Source of the DNA: Ylistrum balloti
Lineage: Eukaryota
Direction of reading: 5' to 3'
DNA: 64,000 nt
NCBI RefSeq assembly: GCF_031769215.1
Contig: NW_026782092.1
Coordinates: 496,001 to 560,000, forward strand
Part shown: positions 50,801-62,808 of the stretch, in pieces
Numbering within the stretch: the stretch's first letter is position 1
Layout of the letters: each line of letters starts with the position of its first letter
The notes under the pieces: generated by a model
The model's input: only the letters and a program-made list of their open reading frames with translations
Databases searched by the model: none
Told to the model about the DNA's origin: nothing
Made by a program: the position numbers and the translations under genes

Positions 50801-53800
50801 TGATTTGTGTCCGGTTAGGAGAATTCTTCTCACAGAAATCATCAGGATTTTGTTTTCAAGAAAAAACCGATGCTTGTGAGGATGATCTAGTAAATTTGTG
50901 GTGGCAACTTGCTGATCTTTATATGGACAATTGTGTTACAGATTCTCTATTTTTAGGTCATCTGACCCGAAGGGTCCGATGACCTATAGTCATCATGCTT
51001 CGTCCGTCGTCGTCCGCCGTCCGCCGTGCGCCGTCCGTAAACTTTTCATTCAAACGACTTCTTCTCAAATACTAGAAGGTCTAGGGGGCTAATACTTGAC
51101 ACAGAGGATACTGGCATGGAGCTCTACCAAGTTTGTTCAAATGAATGACCTTGACCCACTTTAAAGGTCACAGGGGTCAAATATGTTAAAATCTTTAAAC
51201 AACTTCTTCTCATTAACCAAAAGGCTCAGAGTGTAGATATTGGGCCTGTGACATGCTGGGATGAAGGACTACCAAGTTTGTTCAAATGAATGACCTTGAC
51301 CCACTTTAAAGGTCACAGGGGTCAAATATGTTAAAATCTTTAAACAACTTCTTCTCAATAACCAAAAGGCTCAGATTGCTGATATTGTGCCTGTGGCATG
51401 CTGGGATGAAGGGCTATCAAGTTTGTTTAAATGAATGACCTTGAACAACTTTCAAGGTCACAGGGGTCAAATATGTCAAAATCTTTAAATAACTTCTTCT
51501 CAAATACTAGAAGGCCTAGGGGGCTAATACTTGGCCCATAGCATGCTGGCATGGAGCCCTACAAAGTTTGTTCAAATGAATGACCTTGGCCCACTTTCAA
51601 GGTCACAGGGGTCAAATATGTTAAAATATACAAAGGACTTCATCTCAATAAGCAAAAGTCTATGAGTGCCGATATTGGGTCTGTAGCATGCTGGGAGGAA
51701 AGGCTACCAAGTTTATTTAAATGAATGACCTTGAACAACTTTCAAGGTCGCAGGGGTCAAATATGTCAAAATCTTTAAATAACTTCTTCTCAAATACTAG
51801 AAGGCCTAGGGGGCTAATACTTGGCCCATAGCATGCTGGCATGGAGCCCTACAAAGTTTGTTCAAATGAATGACCTTGGCCCACTTTCAAGGTCACAGGG
51901 GTCAAATATGTTAAAATATACAAAGGACTTCATCTCAATAAGCAAAAGTCTATGAGTGCCGATATTGGGTCTGTAGCATGCTGGGAGGAAAGGCTACCAA
52001 GTTTATTCAAATGAATGACCTCAACCCACTTTCAAGGTCACAGGGGTCAAATATGTTAAAATATACAAACGACTTCTTCTCAACAAGCAAAAGTCCATGA
52101 GTGCTGATATTGGGCCTGTAAGATGCTTGGAGGAGAGGCTACCAAGTTTGTTCAAATGAATGACCTCAACCCACTTTCTAGGTTTGGCTTGCTTTTTGTC
52201 AGATGACCGTTAAGGCCCATGGGCCTCTTGTTCAGTTTTTCTGCTTCTTAATCTCCTCAACAGAGAAGGCAGATGCAGGCTATTGTATTTCATCAGAACC
52301 TGATAATTATGCTTTATTTATCAAGAAATAAGATCATGTCTTGTGAAAATCCTACCCACATCTGCGGCAGATTCAACTAAAATGCCAACAGATGCGTATT
52401 CATATTCCAGGAATAAACCCCATACATTGGAAGTGGAAGTATTGACTTTTAGGCTTATTGCAGAAAGAAATATGATACTTAATTAATATTATATGGATGA
52501 AATAAACATGTTTGCATAATTCAGCCATGTTGTTTTAATTGGTCAATTTTATTTTACAATTTTTTATATGCCTCCGGAGGTGCTTGTATATTGGTGTCAT
52601 CTAATCTGTCTGTCTGTCCGTCCGTCAGTACGTACGATGTGCATGAAGGAGCGATTTCATGGTTCATTGATGTTTGTAAGATTTATGCCATTTTATCCTG
52701 ATCTTTATATTTTGTGGCGGCGTATATTGTGTCCAAGACACTCTTGTTACAATTGGGTCTTCATTCTAGCTTAACAACCTTTATAATTGTGCTGGTAGTT
52801 AAAATTACCTTTTGCTTCCTTTCGTAAATAACTAGGGCAAGCATACTTTAATAAAGACTGAAATATTTATGCTATTTGGTTTACAGTTTGGCTGCTGAAT
52901 ACTGTAGAGACTCTGATATACCGGTTGTAACAGATTTAGTAAAAGTAAGTGAATTCACAATAAAATAGTTCACAATGTAATGCTGTAACATAAAAAAATC
53001 TATGTCTTTAGATTAAAAACTTTAAAAATATGAAAATAAATCAATATGTATTAAAAATGTAAGGCAAAAGAATAACAATATGCTGGTTTTCATCTGAGAT
53101 TTAAATCTAAAGACTGACATTTTAAATTTCTGTGGGCATAATCTGTGGTTGGTGATGTTGTAATTATAATGAAAAGTACAAACAACATGTGAAGGATCTG
53201 TATAATGAAGTGTTGAATTATATATTAGTCATTTTAGATATGTTCAGTTTGTGTGTTGATTACTTTGAGTAGATCCAGTGTGTGCTTCAAGATGTAGGAT
53301 CGTGTGTGGCCACGCCATTGTCATCTGCCAGAGATTCACATTTAAGTAAGTTGTGTACACACCCATGACATGCCCCATTTGTGGGAGGATCTCCCTTATT
53401 TTCACTCAAAAATATTTCTATGGATTCTGCATAATTCTTTAATTTTCCATTCAAATTGGAACTTATTAAGTAGTACATTACATAAAAAGTGTTCTTATAA
53501 GCAATATGCAACACAGCTATATGATGTTATTTATATGAATATGATTTTAATAGGACCTCAATTTAGCTTTGCTTGCCACAAACCTCTCCCAGATTTCAAA
53601 TGTCAAAAGTTGACATGATTGTGTACAATAAGAAGTAAATTTGCATTACAATAAGATGTCATATTTTTATCAACAATGTATGTTGCAGTTCAGAAATGTA
53701 AATATTTATTAGCCCATTTTGTCATGTTTCTGCTTAACTGAAACTTAGAGGCAACATCCATGAACCTTGAATAATTTTCTATAACTTGCAGAGATGACAA

Positions 53801-56536
53801 AATTTAACGGGAAGCATGTGACAGACTTGGAAAAATTGATAGACCAGTATACAGCAGAGTTACCTCCCTTGGAAAACTTCATCATTCCTGTAAGATTGAA
53901 ATTTGATATGGATAATTGTTTCTTATAAAACATTGAGTCAATACACTTGGTGATGTTTACATATGTATATCACATCTCCAAACACATTGCATATTTCATG
54001 AATTAAGTAATACCTGACTAAAATGCCACTTGCATGTTACAAATAAATACATGTATATAACAAATACCTGTCTATAAAGACCACCTGTACAGAGGGAATA
54101 TGTACAACATAATACATACCTGTCCATAAAGGCCACCTGGATATAAAAATAAGGCTGATTTTAATGTAATCTACAATTCACATTAATGAATTAATGAAAA
54201 AGACATATCTGCTTAATAAGCAATGAAAATAGGGTCATTCTTCCATGTATAATGTTTCCGTTCATATAACAAAGTTAAGTTGAATGATAGAAAAAGACGA
54301 ACATTTCGTTTGGTCCCACTGAGTTTGATTTATCTGTGTTGAACTGTATTTAAAAGAAAAAGTGGATCACCTGTCTATAAAAGCTCATTTTCCCTTGCTC
54401 AGCTTTACATTGAAAATTACAGTAAATATAAGTATTCCACAGCTGATCAACATCATTTCATTACAATAATTTCATAAAACCTATGAATTACAAAAAATAG
54501 AAACGATAAAGAAATTTTAAACGGATGTATTGAAGTTACCTCAATTTTGTCAGGTTACAATGATAAAAGGACCAGGTTATAATGATAAAACTCATTGACC
54601 AGAAAGTATCAAGTACTTTTAAAGTATATGTTTATATTTGTACCTAAATTGTTCAATTTGGTCAAATAATGTCCCAAAATTTAACCATTATACACACTTA
54701 TCTTTGAAATTGCCTTCAGATGGTTTGATTATAATTCCCATTATTTTCTATCTTTCTTAACCTAAACTTTATCATTATAATTATATAGTATGTAATAAAA
54801 CTGATGTTGATGATGGCTCTGATTGGTAGTAATATGTATAAGAAGTAGAGTGGAGGATAATTTTATTATTGTAAAGTAGTTAATTTTCATGAAGGGTTTA
54901 TTTTCAAGTAATCCATGGGTACTCTTCAAATTTTTGTGTTCACAAAATGGTTTAGATGAAAGTTCAAAATCAAATGCCAATGAACTTTTCTTTTTTTTTG
55001 TTGTTTTTTTGTTTTTGTTTTTGGGAAAACCATGAAATTTAAGCCCCCACAAAATATACAGTATGTACAGTAATCGGTAAGTAAACACTAGAATCGCTAC
55101 CATTCATGATTTTTACATTTTGTATTACAGTCTGGTGGCAAATCTTCATCATCCTTACATTTAGCCAGATCCATTTGTCGCAGAGCAGAGAGACAGTAAG
55201 TGTCTGTCTAGAATTACAGACTCAATAATTAAATTAATTAAATTAATAAAGTACTACTGGTGAAATGGTGAAGACTGGCTGAGTTCTACTTCACATATTG
55301 AATCACATAGATTTTATAGATGTGTAGGTAGTACTTTGAATAAAAATGTTAAACAGAAAAGGTGTATAAAAAAAATCCAGAAGCACATGGAGTCCAGTCG
55401 CGGAAAGAAAAGGGAATAAAAGTGCTAGAGAGAGCTCCTGGTTCTGAAACAAATGCAACGTAATTTTTTTTTGGATAAATTATGGACAGTGATTTTTTTC
55501 CTTACAAATTTTTAACAGAATCTATGAAATATATATATATATATATTTATAAATTTTCAAATTTATAATCAAATATTAAAGGTATTTGATGAAATAAAGT
55601 AATAAAATTATTATAATAAAAATTCAGTAATATTTTTATCTTTAATAGCTTTAAAAATTGATAAATTTAATGCATTTGTCAAAATCATTTCTTTTCACAC
55701 CGCTATTGTAATTGCTTGTGCATTATCTAATTATTTACACAATAAAACAACTGTATGCAAAACACTACATTTTAATACTATTTATATATCTTTTAAGTGT
55801 TAAACTGTGTGAGTATAACTAGCAAATTATACAAATCCCTGCCCTCCCGACTGGATATCATTGATGATACTTTGTTACCTTGCAGTGTGACACCTTTAGT
55901 AAGAAGTGGAGAAATTGATGTTGAACCACTTCAGTATCTCAACAGGTGGGTGTACTGTGGAGTAAGATAAAGAACATGCTGTGACATCATTGGGTCAGTA
56001 AAAAGTCTGAATGGTGGATTACCTCTGTGATCAAAAAAAAAAAAAAAAAATGAAAGTGTATAGGGTCAGCTTCCATCAGATGTCTTTTTGTTTTTGAGGG
56101 TTTTTTTGTGGATACTGGGGTTTCTGCACACAGCAAGACCTCACATTATCTTTCAACTTTGGTACTCTGGTTTCCTCCCACATTAAAATACCCCACCCCA
56201 CCCTCTCCACCTCAAGTTTCTGTAAAGTTAGTATTTCAATAAGTGAAACATGTTGGTCAATCAGTACAATATCTCAATTAGTCAATTCCATATATAGATA
56301 TAAATAAGGAAAATTTTAATTTTCTTGAAAGAATGCAAGGAATCAACAGTACATTGTACTAGACCTGGAGAAATTCTTGATAGGTCAACCAAATTTCACA
56401 TTGTGTTCAGCTGTTGTCTTCGTTTTGCAGATTGAGTGATTTTCTTTTCACTATTGCAAGATACTCAGCTAAAAAGGAAGGAAAGGAAGAAATGATTTAC
56501 ATACGAGTTTACCCGACTGAAACAGATGACAAATGA
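44839..56536 (+). CDS. MMAB: Mitochondrial ATP:cob(I)alamin adenosyltransferase, 9 coding exons, 226 aa
   Basis: Exons: 44839-44906, 49269-49327, 50090-50183, 52887-52944, 53273-53345, 53792-53889, 55131-55195, 55886-55945, 56431-56536 (681 nt). Exon 1 encodes a transit-peptide-like [22 protein letters not shown]. Motifs: [70 protein letters not shown]. Confidence 0.95.
45385..45807 (+). mobile_element. CR1-type LINE 3' fragment nested in the TIR element
   Basis: [13 protein letters not shown]...[31 protein letters not shown] is the CR1 ORF2 C-terminus. It ends in the tandem tail cctaataaat x2. Confidence 0.8.
46328..46570 (-). pseudogene. PHD-finger coding remnant inside the TIR element
   Basis: [27 protein letters not shown]...FFCKDC gives C4-H-C3 spacing. 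The surrounding frames are disrupted. Confidence 0.65.
48178..48670 (+). mobile_element. Possible degenerate LINE ORF1/endonuclease remnant
   Basis: Basic then coiled-coil-like ORF 48178-48450, followed by a broken frame ending ...MVGYFNF (GDFN-like). Support is weak. Confidence 0.3.
50950..52232 (-). mobile_element. Helentron-associated (HINE-like) element carrying a 145-bp tandem array (MMAB intron 3)
   Basis: Minus strand starts aacaagaggcccatgggcc...ggtcatctgac and ends in the hairpin aggtcatcggacccttcgggtcagatgacct-aaaaa, with a (GACG) microsatellite. The anchor aaatgaatgacc recurs at 51139, 51284, 51429, 51574, 51719, 51864, 52009 and 52154. Confidence 0.85.
52558..52640 (-). mobile_element. 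Short HINE/DINE-like terminal fragment
   Basis: tttttatatgcctccggagg...tctgtctgtctgtccgtccgtc microsatellite end. Confidence 0.35.
56110..56190 (+). mobile_element. SINE central-domain fragment
   Basis: ggtactctggtttcctcccaca, related to the SINE at 10083-10260. Confidence 0.35.
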
Positions 56537-56607
56537 CAAAAACATATGCATTCTAACTAGCTTACAATTATTAATGTTAGTAAATGTAACTGTGATTTTG
56601 ATTGATG

Positions 56608-56940
56608 TGCAATGACCAAAATGAATCCAATTTTTACAACGATTCTCATTGGTGTACAGTGACCAAAATGACTCCAATTGTTACAATGATTCTCATTGGT
56701 GTGCAGTGATCAAGATGTCTTCAATTCTTACAATGATTCTCATTGATCTGCAGTGACCATGATACATTGTTGCTCATTGGTCTGCAGTGACCAATATGTC
56801 TTCAAGTGTTACAGTGATTCTCATTGGTCTGCAGTGGCCTCTCGTGAATTTTGTCATATGTACCTGATAGTCTCATTGGCCAAAAATGATAATGATGTCT
56901 TTAATGTATCACTCATTCTCATTGATGTATAATGACCATT
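56608..56940. repeat. ~47-bp tandem repeat downstream of the MMAB stop codon
   Basis: gattctcattg(g/a) recurs at 56641, 56688, 56735 and 56816, with degenerate copies around them. Confidence 0.8.
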
Positions 56941-59789
56941 CTGTCTTAAGTCGGGAATCAGTGTGTTTCTCACATGTAACAACGTTGGTGTCATATACAA
57001 TTGTATTTCAATTGATGTAAACTCTGTGCTCTGACCTTGATGTAAATATGCATGTAGATACTAATATGATCAACAGAATAATTTTGAATAAGCTCTGAAT
57101 TGATTAATATTTTTCTCTGAAGTAAAATAATATCTTTCTCTAACACGGATTCGATCTTTACTAGATATGAACAAAAAATTGAACCTAGTTTAATGTGCTG
57201 TTTGTTTTGCAGCCATTATGTACAGTAGAACTAAGCACAGGCAATACTCTAATGACACATTAAACAATGCCATTTAAAATTAATATGAAATCCTAAATGT
57301 CTTCTGAATTATTTGTCTGATTAGCAAAAATTGATTTTCAACTTCCGCTAGCTGTATACCATTTTGTGAACAAATGAATTTGTAGAGTGCCCACGATTTA
57401 CTTGAAAATGAACCCCTCATGAAAATTAACTATTTTACAGTAATGAAATTACCCTTCACACTATTTCTTTTCTATGTTGCTACTAGTCGTCGCCATCATC
57501 AACATCAGTTTGATTGTATACTATATAATCATACTGATTAAGTTAGGACAAAGCAGAAACTTGCACCAGTTTCACTGAACACTGTCGTAATCCTGACCAA
57601 TTCGTTGAACACCGGTATGTGATGATGCAGACAGTTTTGGCCCTTGGAATTATTTTAGCATACGATAACAGTGTAATATATTAGACGAATGCATTAATCA
57701 TTCTGCAGTGTATTTCTGTTGTAAAGTCAAATGAACCATTATGCTTGAAGCTGTTGGAAATGACTACGAGTATCTGAATTGGCAAAGTTTGTTTCTTTTT
57801 GTGATGACAATGTCGTGTCTATTCTGAGCAAAGAAGACGCTTTCCATTTTCAATCTGCATTCTGCTTTTATGTGATTCCAGTAATAAATGTCCTGTCCAA
57901 TCAACTGGTGATATCAAATATTTCAAAATACTCCGATATCTAACATGTCTTTGTTGACACTGCACGGGTTTACATTGAAAATGTGGTACCTTTTAGATAT
58001 ATTTGATGTAAATATGCACGTACGGGCATGTTAAGCGTTATCATGAACAGAACGATATGACTCACATACCTATTTTTTTAAATTTTCATTTGTGTGCAAG
58101 ACAAAACAAGTGTATGTGAATATGAATATTTGCATATTAAACTTGTGTACATGTAGGATATTGTGAAAGAGTAGGCATCTCCTGATTCTTTGTCTTTGTT
58201 AATAATGAAAAACTGCAATCTGAACAAGAAAATCAAGAGCGGATTTCAACTTGCTTGTGTATTTACCACGCCTACATAGCTGAGTCGGATTCACTTAGAA
58301 TCTAAGCAGGAAAGGTAACTCAAGCAAAAAGGGTGCTTTTTTCAGAGAATGGAAATCATTTATGTAAATATGTCTTTGTTGTGAAACGCTAGTTTTATAT
58401 TGTCCGTCTGCTCTGGTAGTCAGGTCAGGGTTCAGAGTTCATTCTTTGTACGTCGTGGAAAAATGCATCATGGAATATGTTTACGTGAAAGTCCAAAGGA
58501 AACAGACTTGCAGATTTAGCAAGGCTTAGGTGTCCCATGAGGTAACTTTAATACGGTTTAAACGTTTGAAGTTTGATTAATTTTGTTGAAGGAAGGTTAA
58601 TTTCTGTATTTTTCAGTTTTTTACCGCATGTAGAACCCCTACACTGTGTTTGTGATGATTGTGAACTATGGCTATAGGAACTAGGAACTTTGTATATGTA
58701 ATAAAGGAACTCATTAAAGGCGTTTAGTTTGTATTTCTTTGGACTCACTCGACATCACAGTCTTTCATTGTCAATATCGATTAATAGAGCATTATAGAGA
58801 TAGAAATGTGCTTCAATTACAATCAATTACATTGTATAATCGTTTACAATTCTTTTGATTACAAAGTATTGTATTGCGTCCTGCATATAAAACGAGTTAC
58901 ATTTTCGATACTGTTCCGATTTGGGCACTCCCACATCTTACAATACTGTAATATAGTTAACATGCACTTGTAAGATCTAGTCTACACACGAAATAAATAA
59001 CCAAGGATGGCATTTCCCCACCAACCTTTTTATAAAATTCAGCAGTGTAACCTGGACGAGTACAACTTGCACCGCTGATATAAGAATGACACAAACACCA
59101 AATATACAATAACTACAAGAATTTATTACACTATGTATACCTGTATATATTAACACATCTCCCAGATACTCATCACTCATCATACCAGTCCCATAACCAA
59201 ACACACTCTTACCATTTGATAATTTTCATTCCCCTATGTACATTGACTATCACTACAAATAACAGCCTGATATCCACTAAGTCACTCAGTAGTCATTTAC
59301 ACAATGTCCAATACACAGAAATGTCCACGGATGGTTTCTTCCCATTTCTTCCCATTGACTATGTCTTCTCCAGTCACAATGCTCAATGATACAAAAATAT
59401 GGTGATCTGCTCATACACAGAATAATTTACAATAGGGTCTTCTATAAACTTCCTTGCCCACATAGGACATCTGGAGTTACATGGTTTTCCAGATAATAAA
59501 TCATACAGCTGTTCACACAGGACCACATACAGCAGTAAAACTGCCAACATAGGACTGTATAAATGGCCGTCTTTCCCAAAAAAGGACCTATATCTATACA
59601 TGATAGTTATCTTGTCCACACAGGACTACATCTATGGTAAATCTATTATACCACTGCCCTCAAGTCATCATGGGTTAGCGTTTGTCTATATCTACTTATT
59701 GTGTCTTCTTATATTACATATCTATATACATAGAGCTAAATTACACATTTATTATTCATTTTCTCAGCATTTTGCATATCATAACTAAC

Positions 59790-60085
59790 CACTATTATTT
59801 TTACTACTAATCGACAGTGATGGTATATATTAGCCGTTTTCATAACCAAACACTGTTACTTTACTACAAATCGACAGTGCTGGTATATATTAACCGTTAT
59901 CATAACCAAACACTAGTCCGTTACTACAAATCGACAGTGCTTGTATATATAAGCCGTTATCATAACCAAACACTAGTGCTTTACTACTATTCGACATTGT
60001 TGATATATATTAACCGTTATCATAAACAAACACTATTACTTTACTACTAATCGACAGTGCTGGTATATATTAGCCGTTTGCATAA
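59790..60085. repeat. 60-bp tandem repeat, about 5 copies
   Basis: Unit approximates tcgacagtgctggtatatattaaccgttatcataaccaaacactagt.ctttactacaaa. Confidence 0.9.
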
Positions 60086-60579
60086 TAATAACTTCTTCTA
60101 AATACAAACATACAGCACTAATTACATAGCCAAAACTAAACAAAATGTGAATGATATTGTCAGGTATGAATTGTACTCATCGGTACGTACTTTATATACA
60201 TGTACATTAATATGCTGCAAATGCAAAACACAACAGATTTCAGGTATATATCTCAACGTAAGGATTTTTGGGATGTTATAAGACTGACCGCAAACTGTGT
60301 TTTGAGCTGGTGTACCCCAATTCAACATAAACACGCTCAAAAAACCAATCCACTGCTCCGCTTTCTCACGTGTATCTCGTTCTTTCCGCCCTACTAACGT
60401 TCACTTTATAACAATAATAAATAAATAATGGACGCAGGCAAAACAAATGCCTCTATATCCATATCTAAAATAATATGATGATCAGATTCTCAGTTATTAC
60501 ATATGTATAGCTAATTAAATGCTAAAGAGCAAAACCATTTCACTATTTTCAGGTTGAAATGACATTAAAAGTCCCCCCC

Positions 60580-61400
60580 ACCCCCTTTATATATTGTTTC
60601 TGGGAAGGAGGACAATTTTTGCTACTCCAAGGCGGTCCATGGACACGGTATACATAATTCTCCGTTTCATTGTTTTCTTTCTGCTTCGCTTCTTCGTAAA
60701 ATGCCTTCTCTGCTTCTCTTTCACATTGTGTTAAGTCGTTTCTTATTCGTTTCTTTCCAAATCGTATAATTTTTTCTAGGCCTATCTTTGTTTGACACTC
60801 CACAGACTTCTAATAAATTTCCTACAACTTTAGTATCTTCTTCCATGCGTTTCTTTTCGTCGTGGTGGGACTGATGTAGAAAGTCTGATTATTTCCATAT
60901 ATTTCTTACACACTGAACTCCAAATAGAATTATGTTGTTTCCCTCTCTGCTCGCTCTTTAATGTTAGCAACTATTTCGTCCTTGCTAAGTGCAGATTACT
61001 CAAATTTCAAGTTCATTTCCAGTTTAGCAATTAACCCTTTTACCTCTCTTTCAAGTTCCGCCATTCTATCTTCAAATTCTTGCGTGATTTGCCTACACCT
61101 CTCTTCTATTTTCTGTCCATGAAAATATTCTTTTCGACTGTCATTCTGCATGGTGGACAAAACCACATTGTATCTGATTTTGATAGGATGTCATATTTCT
61201 TTGAATCAAAGTCCAGACATCTGATGCAGAGCAGGTCCTGGCATCGATCACACTTCATGTACTTCTTTGCTTCCTTCGAGCATATCTTGCAGTTATACTG
61301 TTCCTCCACCAATGCGTCGTTGAAGGACTCTTCCAAGTTGGATCCCAGTTGAGAAGCCAATTTCTTGAACCTGGATCCGGTGTATCCGTATTATAATATT
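60580..61400 (-). mobile_element. Degenerate CR1/L2-type ORF1 (PHD finger plus coiled coil), no adjoining ORF2
   Basis: ORF 61106-61360: CKIC....MKCDRCQDLLCIRCL...MWFCPPC. A frameshifted coiled-coil continuation (IEERCRQITQEFEDRMAELE...NNIILFGV) follows, and ORF 60549-60803 has RIRNDLT..ERE...YVYRVHGPPW. Confidence 0.7.
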
Positions 61401-61717
61401 TACAATAAATTAAACAAGAATGACAATGAAATAGAAAGGTATGAAAACGTCGGAATAATGAAATGAAATAGATGTACAGAGTTACCAAGACAATATCTAC
61501 TGGATAATTGTTTATATGTAATTATAAACTGTTGGGACTGTGATAAACAGTAATTTCAATTCATTTTAATGTTGCTCATAATTATGTATCTGTTCAGGTT
61601 TTAAATCCATATTTCATATCGGTAATCGCCGCACTGGTAATATTTGCTTATGGTGACATAAATGTTGGAATTTTAGTAGATCTTCAGTTCCCAGACACGT
61701 GTATGGTCTCCGCTGTT

Positions 61718-62808
61718 TCAGGAAATAAATCCCATTTTAGTTTTGATTAATTTTGAAAACATTTTTTCGTGCATATACAATTGTTCACAATCATTGGTTG
61801 TGACATTGAACGATGAATTCTATGGGCTTTCCTCGAACGATAAAACACGGAATACTTTGTACTGAAGGCTTTTCATCGACAAACAGAATTTGTTATATTT
61901 TTCTTTCGTTTGAATAAAATAAATAAGTTCGTCATGAAAATCTGTGGGTTGCTGATCTATTTTGGCTTGGAATTTCTTTTTAAAGAAGTCGTATAGAGCG
62001 TAGTCATATTTAGATATTTCTTTATAAAGATTCTCTTCTGTAGCACCAAACTGAAAACGGGAAGGGACGTCTCTGCTATTAAGTTTGCCACTAATGACAT
62101 CTTTCATTTCCCATTTTAAAAGTCTTCTCAATAAGATCATTGATTCATCAAAACGCTCAACCAACATAACAAGATCAAGCTCTGTATTCAATTGCTGTAG
62201 AAAGTTCTGGAATTTGTTTTTATCATATTTAGACATAAGCAGTTTCACCGGGTATCCGAAATCACGAGACTGACCATTAACGTATCGATATGACGGCAAC
62301 ATTAAGCGAGATTTGTAGAGTTTTTCTGAAAGAAGGGTTCGCACAGGATTGGTTCCTGGAATGCTAAGTACTTCTTTCTTGTTAAAATAAACTATACTTG
62401 ATGCAAATTGTTGAAAAGGTTGTCGTACGATTGCTATATAAATGGAATCATTCCAAACAAGCTTTTCAAATATCGTTCTGTTGTAGGAAGAATGAACAGA
62501 CATGATATCAAACCTCGTTTGACCGGGTGGTGGTGGATAGAATTTGTCTGGTGTTACTAGTGTGGTTGGACCAAGTCCGGACCCAAGTTTGGGCTGAGCA
62601 AATGTCAGATTGTAACGATAGCCGTATCGATAGAAGATGTTTTGGACACTCGTACTGGCTGCCTTGTGAACCTTAAGAAAGGTCACATGGTGTGCGGGAA
62701 AATCTTTTTGCTTCATTTTTGCTTGTTTTTCTGTCTTCCCATTCTTTGGCCAACTGATAAACTGAGGAGAGCTGTCTCCGTGCGTTTCTTGTTTTTCATG
62801 CCAAAAAC
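61718..62808 (-). CDS. Galactose-3-O-sulfotransferase family catalytic exon; apparent premature TAG at 61822-61820; 5' (transmembrane) exon not identified in the window
   Basis: Acceptor ttattttcag precedes the exon start at 62808. Motifs: FLKVHKAASTSVQNIFYRYG (PAPS 5'-binding), IAIVRQPFQQFASS, NGQSRDFG, DLVMLVERFDESMILLRRLLKW, DYALYDFF. Confidence 0.85.

Noticed and set aside
58900-59700. Short ORFs 58977-59204 and 59383-59619 as missing exons or a gene
   Set aside because: No recognisable protein motifs, no compatible splice pairs were found, and there are multiple stops in the other frames.
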